From positions 11,761-75,760 of the forward strand of contig JAJZZC010000002.1 in the NCBI GenBank assembly GCA_021797775.1: 64,000 nucleotides of DNA, read 5' to 3'. Positions 28,770-37,546 of this stretch are shown here, one piece after another. The notes under the pieces are model-generated. The model was not told where the DNA came from and made no database searches. It saw only the letters and a list, made by a program, of their open reading frames with translations. Position 1 is the first letter of the stretch. Each line of letters starts with the position of its first letter. Source of the DNA: Bacillota bacterium (GTDB lineage Bacteria; Bacillota; Sulfobacillia; RBS10-35; JAJYVN01). The position numbers and the translations under genes were made by a program.

Positions 28770-29570
28770 ATGGTCATGGATCTGGTCGCGCGCCTTCTCC
28801 CCCTGGTCGGCGTCGGCCTCGGCGTCGGCCTGCTCGCCGGCACGTTCGGGATCGGGGGGGGGGTGCTCGCCGTACCCGCCCTCGGTGTGCTGATGGGCCT
28901 GGACCAGCACGTCGCCCAGGGCACATCCCTGGCGACCATCGTGCCGACCACGGCGCTCGGCGCCTACCGCTACGCCCGCCGCGGCTACGTGCGCTGGGAC
29001 GCAGCGCTCCGCCTCGGCGCCGCCGCGCTCTGCTTCGGCTTCCTGGGCGCCCACGTCTCGCTGGCCCTGCCCAGCCGGGCGCTCGACATCATCTTCGCCG
29101 CCTTCGTGGTCTTCCTCGCCGTGCGCGCGGCCCGCGGGGGTGCGCCCCCGCACGCCGTGCCGCCGACGGGCGCCAGACGGTCCGGCACGGGAGAAGCGGG
29201 TGTCCAGCGGCGGCACGGGCCGCTCCAGATCGGCATCGGCGCACTGGTGGGACTGGTCGCCGGCCTCCTGGGCATTGGCGGTGGGAGCGTGGCCAACCCG
29301 CTGCTGGTGCTGCTCTGTGACTTCCCGCAGCAGGTGGCCCAGGGCACAACCCTGGGCGCCATCGTCCTCTCGTCCCTCTCCGGACTCTTCGGCTATGTCA
29401 CCGCGGGCAAGGTGGACTGGATCGCGGCCGTGGCCCTGTTCACAGGCGCCATGGCCACCGTCCCCGTGGGCGCGGCCGTGGCGCACAGATTGCCGGAACC
29501 GACACTGCGCAGGGTGTTCGCGGTATTCCTCATCGCGATCACCGCCGTGGAGGTGGCCCGCGCGCTGTAG
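28770..29570 (+). CDS. TauE/SafE-family sulfite/anion exporter
   Basis: Two-repeat membrane protein with GTFGIGGGVLAVPAL and GLLGIGGGSVANPLL. ATG at 28770 with AGGAGA 13 nt upstream. Confidence 0.9.
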   Translation: MVMDLVARLLPLVGVGLGVGLLAGTFGIGGGVLAVPALGVLMGLDQHVAQGTSLATIVPTTALGAYRYARRGYVRWDAALRLGAAALCFGFLGAHVSLALPSRALDIIFAAFVVFLAVRAARGGAPPHAVPPTGARRSGTGEAGVQRRHGPLQIGIGALVGLVAGLLGIGGGSVANPLLVLLCDFPQQVAQGTTLGAIVLSSLSGLFGYVTAGKVDWIAAVALFTGAMATVPVGAAVAHRLPEPTLRRVFAVFLIAITAVEVARAL

Positions 29571-29677
29571 GCGGCCCCCGTGCCCCGCTGATGCGCCCGC
29601 AGCCAGCCGCCCTGGCGGTTGGCCTCGCGCCCCCCGCACCGGCCCGCCTGGAGCGGCGCCGCCACCACCTGCCCCTC

Positions 29678-30139
29678 TCAACGCAGGCTGGGGACGCGGC
29701 TCCAGAGGCGTCGTAGCTCTGCGCGATGCGCGACAGTCAATTCGGCGATCAGGCGGGCCCCACGCTCGCTGAGGCAGACGCGCACGCGGCGCTGGTCTTG
29801 GGGATCGGCGACCTTGTCGACGAGGCCGGCGTGCGCGGCGCGCTCCACCAGCCCCGCCGCGCTGTGCGGCCGGACGCGCATGGTCCGGGCCACCTCGCCC
29901 ACGGACAGCCACCCCCTGGACGAGCCGCGCACGGCGAGCAGGAGCTGGTGCTGCGCGGACGTCAGCCCCGCGCCACGGGCCGCGTCCTCGCTGAAACGCA
30001 GGAAGCGCCGTAGCGCATGCCGGAAGCGGGCGTGCGCCCGGAAGTCGGCGTCCGTGGGCGGCTTCGCGGGATCCGGCCAAACCGGGACCCGGCGCACGCG
30101 CCGCCCCGGCCCGACTGCCAAGAGACCCACCCCCGGCAT
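29678..30139 (-). CDS. MarR-family transcriptional regulator
   Basis: Winged-helix pattern LTSAQHQLLLAVR...LSVGEVARTMRVRPHSAAGLVERAAHAGLVDKVADPQDQRRVRVCLSERG. The start is uncertain. Confidence 0.8.
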   Translation of the reverse strand: MPGVGLLAVGPGRRVRRVPVWPDPAKPPTDADFRAHARFRHALRRFLRFSEDAARGAGLTSAQHQLLLAVRGSSRGWLSVGEVARTMRVRPHSAAGLVERAAHAGLVDKVADPQDQRRVRVCLSERGARLIAELTVAHRAELRRLWSRVPSLR

Positions 30140-30249
30140 CGCCCGCCTCTTTGGCGGGGACCGGTTCCCGCTGCGGGGCCGGGCACCTGCCGCCGGGGTC
30201 GCGGCCACAGGGGGGCGTCGTTCCACGGAGGGGGCTTGGGGGTCCGAAC

Positions 30250-30480
30250 GACGGCGCACACAGCCCTGCGGTGGTAGGCCGGGGCACCCCAGGTGCCCGG
30301 TGCCTGCCACCGCAATGGCCGCACGATTTCGGCCAGCCCGGCCCACGGTGGCGGTGCGCGGAGGGGCTCCCCAGAGCCGCCGTACGCCTCTGCTCGTCGC
30401 CCCACGCTGCCAGCCCTTGTCGCGGCCCGTTTGCCGAGAACGACGCGGCCCTGGTCGCGGCCATAGGGGGGCGTCAGGGA
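30250..30480 (+). repeat. Degenerate member of the dispersed intergenic repeat family
   Basis: gcctgccaccgc..., ccgccgtacgcctctgctcg and gccgagaacgacgcggccctggtcgcggcc align with 7215..7360 (gcctgccaccgc, ggagcggtacgccggtccgctcg, gcccagaacgacgcgaccctggcgggc). Confidence 0.5.
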
Positions 30481-30781
30481 GGGCTTGGAGGCTGCAACAG
30501 GTCCCCGCCATCCGCTCTGGCGCGCGCCCCCCCGGGTTCTGTGCGTCCCCGCGACCCACAGGCGTTTCCGCGAGGCGGCGCCCGCCGCGCGCCAGGGGCG
30601 CCAAACCGTTGGAGTTCGCCCATCCGCCGGGTGTGCGGCTGGCCCCGACGCGCACGGGAGGGGCGGTCCGGGTCTCCGGTTCCCGCGGGCGCTTCGCATG
30701 CCGCCGCGAGGTCCGCGGCGCGCAGGGGCGCACCCCGCCCCGCTGCTCCGGGGGCTCTCCTGCAACAATGGGCTGAGCGCA

Positions 30782-32287
30782 CTACCTGTCGAGGCTATTG
30801 TTGCGCTGGGCCACCGCGGCTCCTCCAGGCCGGCACAGGCTTTCCCCCCGCTTCGTGCCGTGCGGCTCCGGCTCCGCCGAGGTGGCGAACTCCCGCGGGA
30901 AGAAGCCCAGGGGTGGGCGCACCCCTCGACGCACCAGTTTGCCCGTCATCAGGTCGTACGGCAGGAGGGCGCCCGCAGTCGCGGCGGCGACGGCCGTGGC
31001 AAGCAGCAGGACCGGCAGGGCACGGAAATCACCGCTGACCTCCGCTGCGAATACGGCGGCGGTGAGCACCGCCCGGCTGCTGCCCGCGAAGACGGCCGCC
31101 ATGAACAACAACGCCACCAGGGTGGGGCTCTGGCCGGTAACGTGGGCCAGCGCCAGGCCGACCAGGGCGCCGCTGCTGCCGGCGATGAGGAAGAGCGGCG
31201 CCAACACACCACCGACCGTCCCGGAGGCCAGCGCCACCAGCCAGCCCACCGCCTTGGCACCGAGGATGCCGAGGAGCGCGCCAGCGGGAAGCCCGCCAGC
31301 CAGCACCTGGCGGATCAGGTCGTAGCCCATGCCGAGCACCTGAGGGAAGGCCAGGGCGATGCAGCCGACCACGACGGCGCCGATGACAGGACGCACGACC
31401 AACGGGCGCCAACGGATCCGCTCGAAGAGGTCCTCCAGGCCGTAGAGGGCCCTGGTCAGCGCCACAGCCTCCAGGCCGGCCGCCACGCCGAGCGCGGCGG
31501 TCCACAGCACCGCCAGCGGGCCGCCATGAAAGCCCGCGGTCGAGGGGAAGAGTGGGCTCGGCGGCAGCAGGTGCGGGCGCAGGGCCGCGGCCACCGCCGC
31601 GGCGGCGGCGATGGGTACGACCGCAGCGGCGGAGAACTCAAAGACCAGCAGTTCCAGGGCCAGCAGCACCGCCGCCAGTGGGGTGGCGAAGATGCCGGTC
31701 ATTCCCGCCGCGGCGCCGCAGCCGAGCAGGATCGCACGCTCCCGGTCGGTCAGCGGCACGACCTGGCCGACCAGTGAACCGAGGGCGCCCGCGGTCTGGA
31801 TGATCGGCCCCTCGGCGCCGAACGGGCTCCCCGTGCCGATGACCAGTGCGGCCGTCAACGGCTTGAGCACCGCGATGCGCCAGGGGATGCGGCCGCCGCG
31901 CTGCAGCACGGCCTCCATGACCTCCGGGATGCCATGGCCCCGCAGCGCGAGGTCGCCGTACCGGATGGCGAGGCCCGCCACCAAGGCCCCGCAGACCACG
32001 ACCGCCACCGTGAGCGGCGAGGCGGCAAACGGCGAGGCGTGCGGCTCGACGTAACGGAGCGCGAGGCGGTGATAGTAGAAGAAGTTGCTGAAGAGACCGA
32101 TCAGCGAGAACAGGGCCACCGCTGCGGCGATCCCGAGCAGGCCGGCCACGGCGCTGACTGGCAATAGCACGTGCAGACGGACACGCTGCTGGTCCCGGCT
32201 GCGCGGCGCCCGCTCCTTCCCCTGCACAAGCGGTCCCTCCCCACGCGGCACGCGCGGCCCTCTGCCAATCATATCGTGTTGCGACAT
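30782..32287 (-). CDS. ClC-family voltage-gated chloride channel/antiporter
   Basis: Contains GIPEVMEAV, GSPFGAEGPIIQTAGALG and GTVGGVLAPLF selectivity-filter motifs, with many TM helices. Confidence 0.9.
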   Translation of the reverse strand: MSQHDMIGRGPRVPRGEGPLVQGKERAPRSRDQQRVRLHVLLPVSAVAGLLGIAAAVALFSLIGLFSNFFYYHRLALRYVEPHASPFAASPLTVAVVVCGALVAGLAIRYGDLALRGHGIPEVMEAVLQRGGRIPWRIAVLKPLTAALVIGTGSPFGAEGPIIQTAGALGSLVGQVVPLTDRERAILLGCGAAAGMTGIFATPLAAVLLALELLVFEFSAAAVVPIAAAAAVAAALRPHLLPPSPLFPSTAGFHGGPLAVLWTAALGVAAGLEAVALTRALYGLEDLFERIRWRPLVVRPVIGAVVVGCIALAFPQVLGMGYDLIRQVLAGGLPAGALLGILGAKAVGWLVALASGTVGGVLAPLFLIAGSSGALVGLALAHVTGQSPTLVALLFMAAVFAGSSRAVLTAAVFAAEVSGDFRALPVLLLATAVAAATAGALLPYDLMTGKLVRRGVRPPLGFFPREFATSAEPEPHGTKRGESLCRPGGAAVAQRNNSLDR

Positions 32288-32514
32288 ATTTGCGGAGGGC
32301 GTGACAAACGGCGCATGGCGCGGGTACCACCCAAGGCCAAGCCCGCCAGCGTGCCCCGGCTCCCGGGGCCGCGGGCAGGCGGGCCGCGGGGAGACCCTAT
32401 CGGGACAAGGTCCCCGGGCGGGCGCCCCACCCGGGGCGGGTTGGTGCGGGCGCCCGCGCGGCGTGCACCGGCGCCGCCGGGGGGACCCGTTGCGGGCCGA
32501 GGAGGCATCGCACC

Positions 32515-33651
32515 ATGCAGGCCGTCATCATGGCGGGAGGGCGCGGGCAGCGGCTCCAACCGCTCACGCTGACCCGTCCGAAGCCGCTGGTCCCGTTTTT
32601 TGGCCGGCCGCTGCTGGCCGGGCTCGTCGACGCGCTCGCACGCCAGGGTGTGGACGAAGTGTTCATCACCGCCGGCCATCTCGGCGGCCAGATCCACGAC
32701 TTCGTGTCCACCCTGCGCGGCGACCGGGAGGCGGCCGTACCGGGGGTCGAGGGCGGGGCGGGGCTCTGGCCGCGGCTGCACGTGGCGGTGGAGGAAAGGC
32801 CACGCGGCACGGCGGGGGCCGTGGCGGATCTCCTGCCGCGGCTGCGCTCTCCCTTTGCCGTCCTGTCCGGCGACGCCGTACTCGACATCGACCTCTCGGC
32901 GCTGGAACGGACCCACCGGGAGGGAGGGCACGTGGCGACCCTCTGCCTGGCCCCGACGGACGAGCGTTTGCGCTTTGGCACGGTGGCGCTGGACGGACAC
33001 CGCATCGTCCGCTTCCTAGAGAAACCGGCGCTGGGGGAACTGGCCCCCGGCCTCGGTGTCAACACCGGGTGCTACGTCCTGGAGCGGGAGGCCCTGGACG
33101 GGGTCGATCCCTCCGGCTCCGTCGACTTCGCTTACGATGTCTTTCCCCGGCTGCTGCACGCGGGCAGTCCCCTGGGCGCCGAAGTGGCCGCCCGCTACTG
33201 GCGCGACATCGGCACCCTGGACGCCTACCGCGCCACGCACTTTGAAGGGCTCGCCGGCGCCATGCCCTGGCCGGTGCCCGGCTCTGCGGCGGCGCCGCAA
33301 GGCGTGAGCCGCGAGACACTGGAGGGACTGGTCCACTTCGGCGAGGCAATCCGCATCGGCCGAGGGGCACGCCTGATCGGGCCAGCCGTTCTCGGCGAGG
33401 GGTGTCGCGTCGGCGACGGCGCTACCGTAGCCCGCTCGGTCCTGCTCCGGGGGAGCCAGGTGGGCCGCGAGGCCAGCGTCGAGGACTGTGTGCTCGACGA
33501 GGGGGCGTCCATCCCCGCGGGCTGGCACCTGTCCCAGGCCGGCGTGGCCGGCCACGCCGGCCTGGGCATCCTTCCCCGCACGGTGCGGCGGCGCTTGGCG
33601 ACCGCCTATGCGGCCCCTACCCCGGAATGGGCGGCGCGCGCAGGCGGATGA
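32515..33651 (+). CDS. NDP-sugar pyrophosphorylase (nucleotidyltransferase plus left-handed beta-helix C-terminus)
   Basis: MAGGRGQRLQPLTLTRPKPLVPF, with C-terminal hexapeptide-like repeats. GAGGAGG lies 9 nt upstream of the ATG. Confidence 0.85.
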   Translation: MQAVIMAGGRGQRLQPLTLTRPKPLVPFFGRPLLAGLVDALARQGVDEVFITAGHLGGQIHDFVSTLRGDREAAVPGVEGGAGLWPRLHVAVEERPRGTAGAVADLLPRLRSPFAVLSGDAVLDIDLSALERTHREGGHVATLCLAPTDERLRFGTVALDGHRIVRFLEKPALGELAPGLGVNTGCYVLEREALDGVDPSGSVDFAYDVFPRLLHAGSPLGAEVAARYWRDIGTLDAYRATHFEGLAGAMPWPVPGSAAAPQGVSRETLEGLVHFGEAIRIGRGARLIGPAVLGEGCRVGDGATVARSVLLRGSQVGREASVEDCVLDEGASIPAGWHLSQAGVAGHAGLGILPRTVRRRLATAYAAPTPEWAARAGG

Positions 33652-33835
33652 CCGGACCGCCGTGCCACGGGACGCCCCTTCCCGCGCCGTCCGCGCGCAG
33701 CACGGGCGGTGCGGGGTGTGTCCCCGTGCACGGAGAGGCCCGTAGCGCAGCAGCGGTGCATCCGAGGCGCCGGGCCGGCCCCACCCCCACGCAGCTTGGG
33801 GGCGCGGGCCCGTGCCCTGAGTCGCCGAGAGCAGC

Positions 33836-34015
33836 GGTGGTGCAGCCCCTGGCGCGCCACGCAAGCACCACGACTGGACGCCGTGCCCCCCGCTGCTGCA
33901 GAGACGCAGTCAGCAGCGGCTCTGACACCAGCACGGCTTTGCCGTTGGCCTGGGCACGGGCGCGCGCGCCTTTGCCACCAGCGGCAAGGTGGTGCAGCCC
34001 CTGGCGCGCGCGCCC
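33836..34015. repeat. Two identical 22-mers (33836..33857, 33988..34009). The second is embedded in a hairpin with a 13-bp all-GC stem (33958..34015)
   Basis: ggtggtgcagcccctggcgcgc occurs twice. gggcgcgcgcgcc ... ggcgcgcgcgccc enclose ccacc/ggtgg sub-stems. Confidence 0.75.
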
Positions 34016-34167
34016 TCTCCTGCAGAGATCCGGACAACCAACGAGTGGGACGACGATAGCGTGGCATCCGCGCGGGCGCATGGTCGGCACGGTAGGGGCC
34101 CGCCCGGGCGACGGCGACCCGTCGGGACGATGCGCCCTACGCGGGCGAACCGCCTACATGACCTCCT

Positions 34168-34378
34168 CCCCACGGCTAAAGTCGGTGGATTCCCGGTGAT
34201 CGCTCACCTGGGCTTCCTGCTTCGCCGGGGAACGCCCGCCCGTTTCTGAGTGGGTCTTACGTCCCCTCCACAGGCCGACACCGCAAAGGCCAGCGGCCGT
34301 GTCTTTGTGTTTCGCATGGTACCCCGCTCCGCGCAAGAGAGGGCGCCGCGCGGCTCACCCCACGGCTAAAGCCGGGGG
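34168..34378. repeat. About 21-nt direct repeats (34168..34188 and 34358..34378) flanking a lower-GC ~170-nt segment
   Basis: ccccacggctaaagTcggTgg versus ccccacggctaaagCcggGgg. The second copy overlaps the DHH gene stop codon. Confidence 0.7.
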
Positions 34379-35349
34379 CTCACGCCGCGAGTTCGGTCAG
34401 CCGGTCGCGCAGCAACCTCCGCCCACGCGGCGCGCAGGCGCTCCAAGGCCTCGTGCAGAGACACGCCGCGCAGGACCACGCCTGCCGCCTGGGGATGTCC
34501 GCCGCCACCCAGGGCGTGCGCCAGCGGGAGCACGTCGACGCCGCGGCTGCGCAGGCGGAAGCGAACGTTGTCCCGGCCGCCCTGCAGCACGACGAGCACG
34601 CCGCCGCGCGGCGGGAGCAGATGCGAGGGGAGGAGGGCATTTTCGTAGGGTCGCAAAGCGAACCGCTCGGGCAACCCCGCATCGATCGGCACCACGCGGC
34701 AAGGAACCGTGCCCTCCCACGTGAGTGCGCTACCTTCCACCGCGGCCAGGTAGGCCCAGAAACCGGGGGAACGCCGGTGGAAGGCCTCCGCCACGCCCTC
34801 CGTGTCCGCCCCGGCCCCGGCGAAGCGCCGGGCCCAGGCAAACGACTCGGCTGTCGCCTGCACACGGAAGCCCTCGGTGTCGCCCACTAGGCCGGTGTAG
34901 AGCGCGGTGGCCAGGGTCGTGTCGGCAGCCACACCGAGAGCCCCGGCCACTGTCGCGACCAGGCACGTGCACGCTGGCACGCTGCAGACCCAGTTGACCG
35001 GCGCAAAGCGCGGGTTGTCCTCGTGATGGTCCAGGTTGACGTCGACCGGGCCGGCCAACTGCAGACGGTCTGCGCGGGCCGTGTCCACGCCGACGCGCGA
35101 CCAACCCGCCCCCGGCTCGCCAGAGGCGAGCACCTCTGGAGCCAGCGCCCAGCGATGGATCTCGGGCAACTCCGGGGCAAAGACCGCCGCGCGCTTGCCG
35201 ATGCGCCGCAGCACCAGGCAGAGGGCGCTGGCGGTGGCCAGGGCGTCGACGTCGGGCAGGACGTGGGGGATCACGGCCCAGGCGGCGTGCGCGCGAAAGG
35301 TGGAGAGCAACTCCTGCGGCGGCACGGGGGTGTCGTTCAAGGGGGGCAC
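34366..35349 (-). CDS. DHH/DHHA1-family phosphoesterase (NrnA-like)
   Basis: Contains HVLPDVDALATASAL, NLDHHEDN and GGGGHPQAAG. The start is uncertain (GTG at 35349 or TTG at 35340; the track ORF extends to 35511). Confidence 0.8.
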   Translation of the reverse strand: MPPLNDTPVPPQELLSTFRAHAAWAVIPHVLPDVDALATASALCLVLRRIGKRAAVFAPELPEIHRWALAPEVLASGEPGAGWSRVGVDTARADRLQLAGPVDVNLDHHEDNPRFAPVNWVCSVPACTCLVATVAGALGVAADTTLATALYTGLVGDTEGFRVQATAESFAWARRFAGAGADTEGVAEAFHRRSPGFWAYLAAVEGSALTWEGTVPCRVVPIDAGLPERFALRPYENALLPSHLLPPRGGVLVVLQGGRDNVRFRLRSRGVDVLPLAHALGGGGHPQAAGVVLRGVSLHEALERLRAAWAEVAARPADRTRGVSPRL

Positions 35350-35494
35350 CTCACTGGCGCGCCCTGGCGCGCCCGGCAGAGTGTACCAGGCAGGGCGGCT
35401 GAGGGCACCCGGGACAAAGGACCGACGGTCCCGCTCCCCGGGAACGGTCGGGTCCTGGCGGCTGCGCCCACACGGGCGGCGAGCCCCGCCCCGC

Positions 35495-37270
35495 CTACGC
35501 CCCGGCGCCACCCGCCGCCCCGGGACCGATCCCCCGCGCCGCGAGCCTGGCCCGCAGTTGGGCGAAGCTGATGCCGTGCTGGCGGGCGATGGCGGAGGCG
35601 AAACTCAACCCGCGCGGCGGTCCGGGCATGATGTGAAAGGTAGGCCGTGGCTCGTCCTCCCCCCTGGCCGCCGGGTCGTCGGGTGGATCGAGTCCCGGCG
35701 CCGAGCCTGGGTCACCCGAACGGCCAAAGGTGAACGGATCGGGGGCGCTGTCACCTGGCTCCAGCACGCCGGCGACCAGCGAGCCGACCGTGCTGTCGGC
35801 GTCAGGGACCGCGGCGTTGAGGCGATCGACCGAGGCCGCCAGGTCGTGGAGATGCGTGGCGAACACGCAGCGGGCGCCGAGCAGCCGCAGGCCGCGTACC
35901 GCGTCGCCAGCAAGCGCCAGCGCCTCCACCTGGCTCGTGCTGCCGGCCAGCACCTCATTCAACAGGATCAGACTCTGCGGGGTCGCTTCCGCGAAGATGC
36001 GCGCCAGGCCCTCGGCTTCCTCGTCCAACCGCCCCTCCCCCGGCGTGCCGCGCTCCTGGGTGACGAAGTGCGTAATGATGCGGTCCACGGGCGACAGGCG
36101 CGCGCGGCGCCCCGGGACCGGCAGACCCGAGGCGAAGAGGAGATGTGACAGGCCCACCGCCCGCAGAAAGGTCGTCTTGCCGCCGCGGTTGGGACCGGTG
36201 AGGATCCATACGCGCCCGCCGGGGCCAAAGGAGATGTCGCTGGGCACGATGCGCCGCGGACCGGGGCGCGGATCAACGAGCAGGCGGAGCGCGAGGGCGA
36301 GGCTGAACCCGGCCTCGATGTGCGTGGCGCGCTCCTCCACGGGCGCCACCTCGGGCACGCAGAAGGGCAGACCCATCGCCCGCAGCCGCGAGAACAGCTC
36401 GGCCGCGCCCGTGAGGAAGGCGAGTTCGCCCTCTAGGTGCGCCAGGGCGCCCGCATGCACAGTGTGGAACTGTTGCAGCGCGGCGATCACGGGCGCCGCC
36501 GTACCCTCCAGCAACGCCCGCAGATCGCGCGCCAGAGAGTGTTCCGCCCCGAGCATCCCGCTGGCGTCCACCCGCCGCAGCGGGGTGAGCGCGTGCTCAG
36601 CCTCCTGGCTCGCTAACAGCCGCTGCAGGATGCCGCGCCCCGCGGTGCGCGGGCCGATGGAGAGGATCGCCGCCGATTCGGGCTCCCACGACGGCTTGAG
36701 GTTGATGGCCAGCGTGATGCACTCGCCCTGGCTCAACTGGGCGCGCAGCGCCGGCAATCCCGCCTGCAGGGCGCGAAAGGTCTCGCCGCCGGTCTCCTCC
36801 TCCAGGGCGGCGCGCAGTGCGTTGAGACCGCGCGAGGCGGGAGAGGCGGCGGCCAACAGGCCTTTGATGCGGTCTGCGGCGCGCACATACAGGGCCAGGT
36901 CGTTCAGCCGCCGGGTGAACGCGAGCACGCCCCAGTCGGCCTCCGTGTGGGATGCCGGCTCCTCGCCGCGGGCCGCTTCCGCCAGCAACGGCAGGACGGA
37001 CGCCAGGCCATCCCGCAGCCGGGCATCCGTCATCAGGTCGGCCAGCACCGCCTGGCGGTAGGCGATCACCGCCCCGTCCGAGACGGGTTCGCCCAGCACG
37101 GCACGCACCATGGACTCGCGCCGACGCTCGCGGCCCGCCAGGGCGCGAACCAACGGGTCCAGGTCCAGGTCCGCTGCGGTTTCCGCCCTGAGGCCCCCGC
37201 CGCGGCGGGCCCCGCGGACGCCGTCGGGCCATAGGAGGCTCACCTCGGCGAGCGCCACCCCGTCCACCAT
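35495..37270 (-). CDS. MutS-domain-V ATPase (MutS-related protein without the mismatch-binding domain)
   Basis: Contains ILTGPNRGGKTTFLRAVG (Walker A), LILLNEVLAGST and ATHLHDL. The N-terminal ~350 aa are helical and unassigned. The start is uncertain (ATG at 37270 or 37303). Confidence 0.8.
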   Translation of the reverse strand: MVDGVALAEVSLLWPDGVRGARRGGGLRAETAADLDLDPLVRALAGRERRRESMVRAVLGEPVSDGAVIAYRQAVLADLMTDARLRDGLASVLPLLAEAARGEEPASHTEADWGVLAFTRRLNDLALYVRAADRIKGLLAAASPASRGLNALRAALEEETGGETFRALQAGLPALRAQLSQGECITLAINLKPSWEPESAAILSIGPRTAGRGILQRLLASQEAEHALTPLRRVDASGMLGAEHSLARDLRALLEGTAAPVIAALQQFHTVHAGALAHLEGELAFLTGAAELFSRLRAMGLPFCVPEVAPVEERATHIEAGFSLALALRLLVDPRPGPRRIVPSDISFGPGGRVWILTGPNRGGKTTFLRAVGLSHLLFASGLPVPGRRARLSPVDRIITHFVTQERGTPGEGRLDEEAEGLARIFAEATPQSLILLNEVLAGSTSQVEALALAGDAVRGLRLLGARCVFATHLHDLAASVDRLNAAVPDADSTVGSLVAGVLEPGDSAPDPFTFGRSGDPGSAPGLDPPDDPAARGEDEPRPTFHIMPGPPRGLSFASAIARQHGISFAQLRARLAARGIGPGAAGGAGA

Positions 37271-37546
37271 CCCCCCGGAAGACCAAGCGGGCACCGGCCG
37301 CATGCCCCCCGCGCACTGCCCCGCCACAACCCGCTGGCGCTCCGGGCCTCCCGCACGGCGTCCACGGGCCCCACGCGACCCCGCGGCGCCCGCCGGGCCG
37401 GTCGAACCGACCGAGAGGCACCGGCCCGCCACCGAGCCGCCGCGGCCGGCGCCGGCCCTGAACGGCGATGGGGCCCCCGCGGCCCCGCAATGCCCCACCC
37501 CCTGGCGGCGCGGCGCGACGGCGCGCGCCACGCCGCCTACGGCGAC

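Noticed and set aside
28383-30464. 693-aa minus-strand ORF spanning the TauE and MarR loci
   Set aside because: The composition is extremely Arg/Gly/Ala/Pro-rich, and it is antisense to a well-supported TauE gene. This is a typical long shadow ORF of a 70% GC genome.
33836-34009. Possible CRISPR-like repeats (identical 22-mers)
   Set aside because: There are only two copies, the spacing is 152 nt, the repeat is short, and there are no cas genes or leader. It is not an array.
34150-34380. SRP RNA, RNase P RNA or T-box leader
   Set aside because: GAAGCAGGAAGCC only loosely resembles the SRP domain IV motif. There is no GGAAAGTCC (RNase P). TGGTACCCCGC is not a correct T-box, and no downstream synthetase gene exists.
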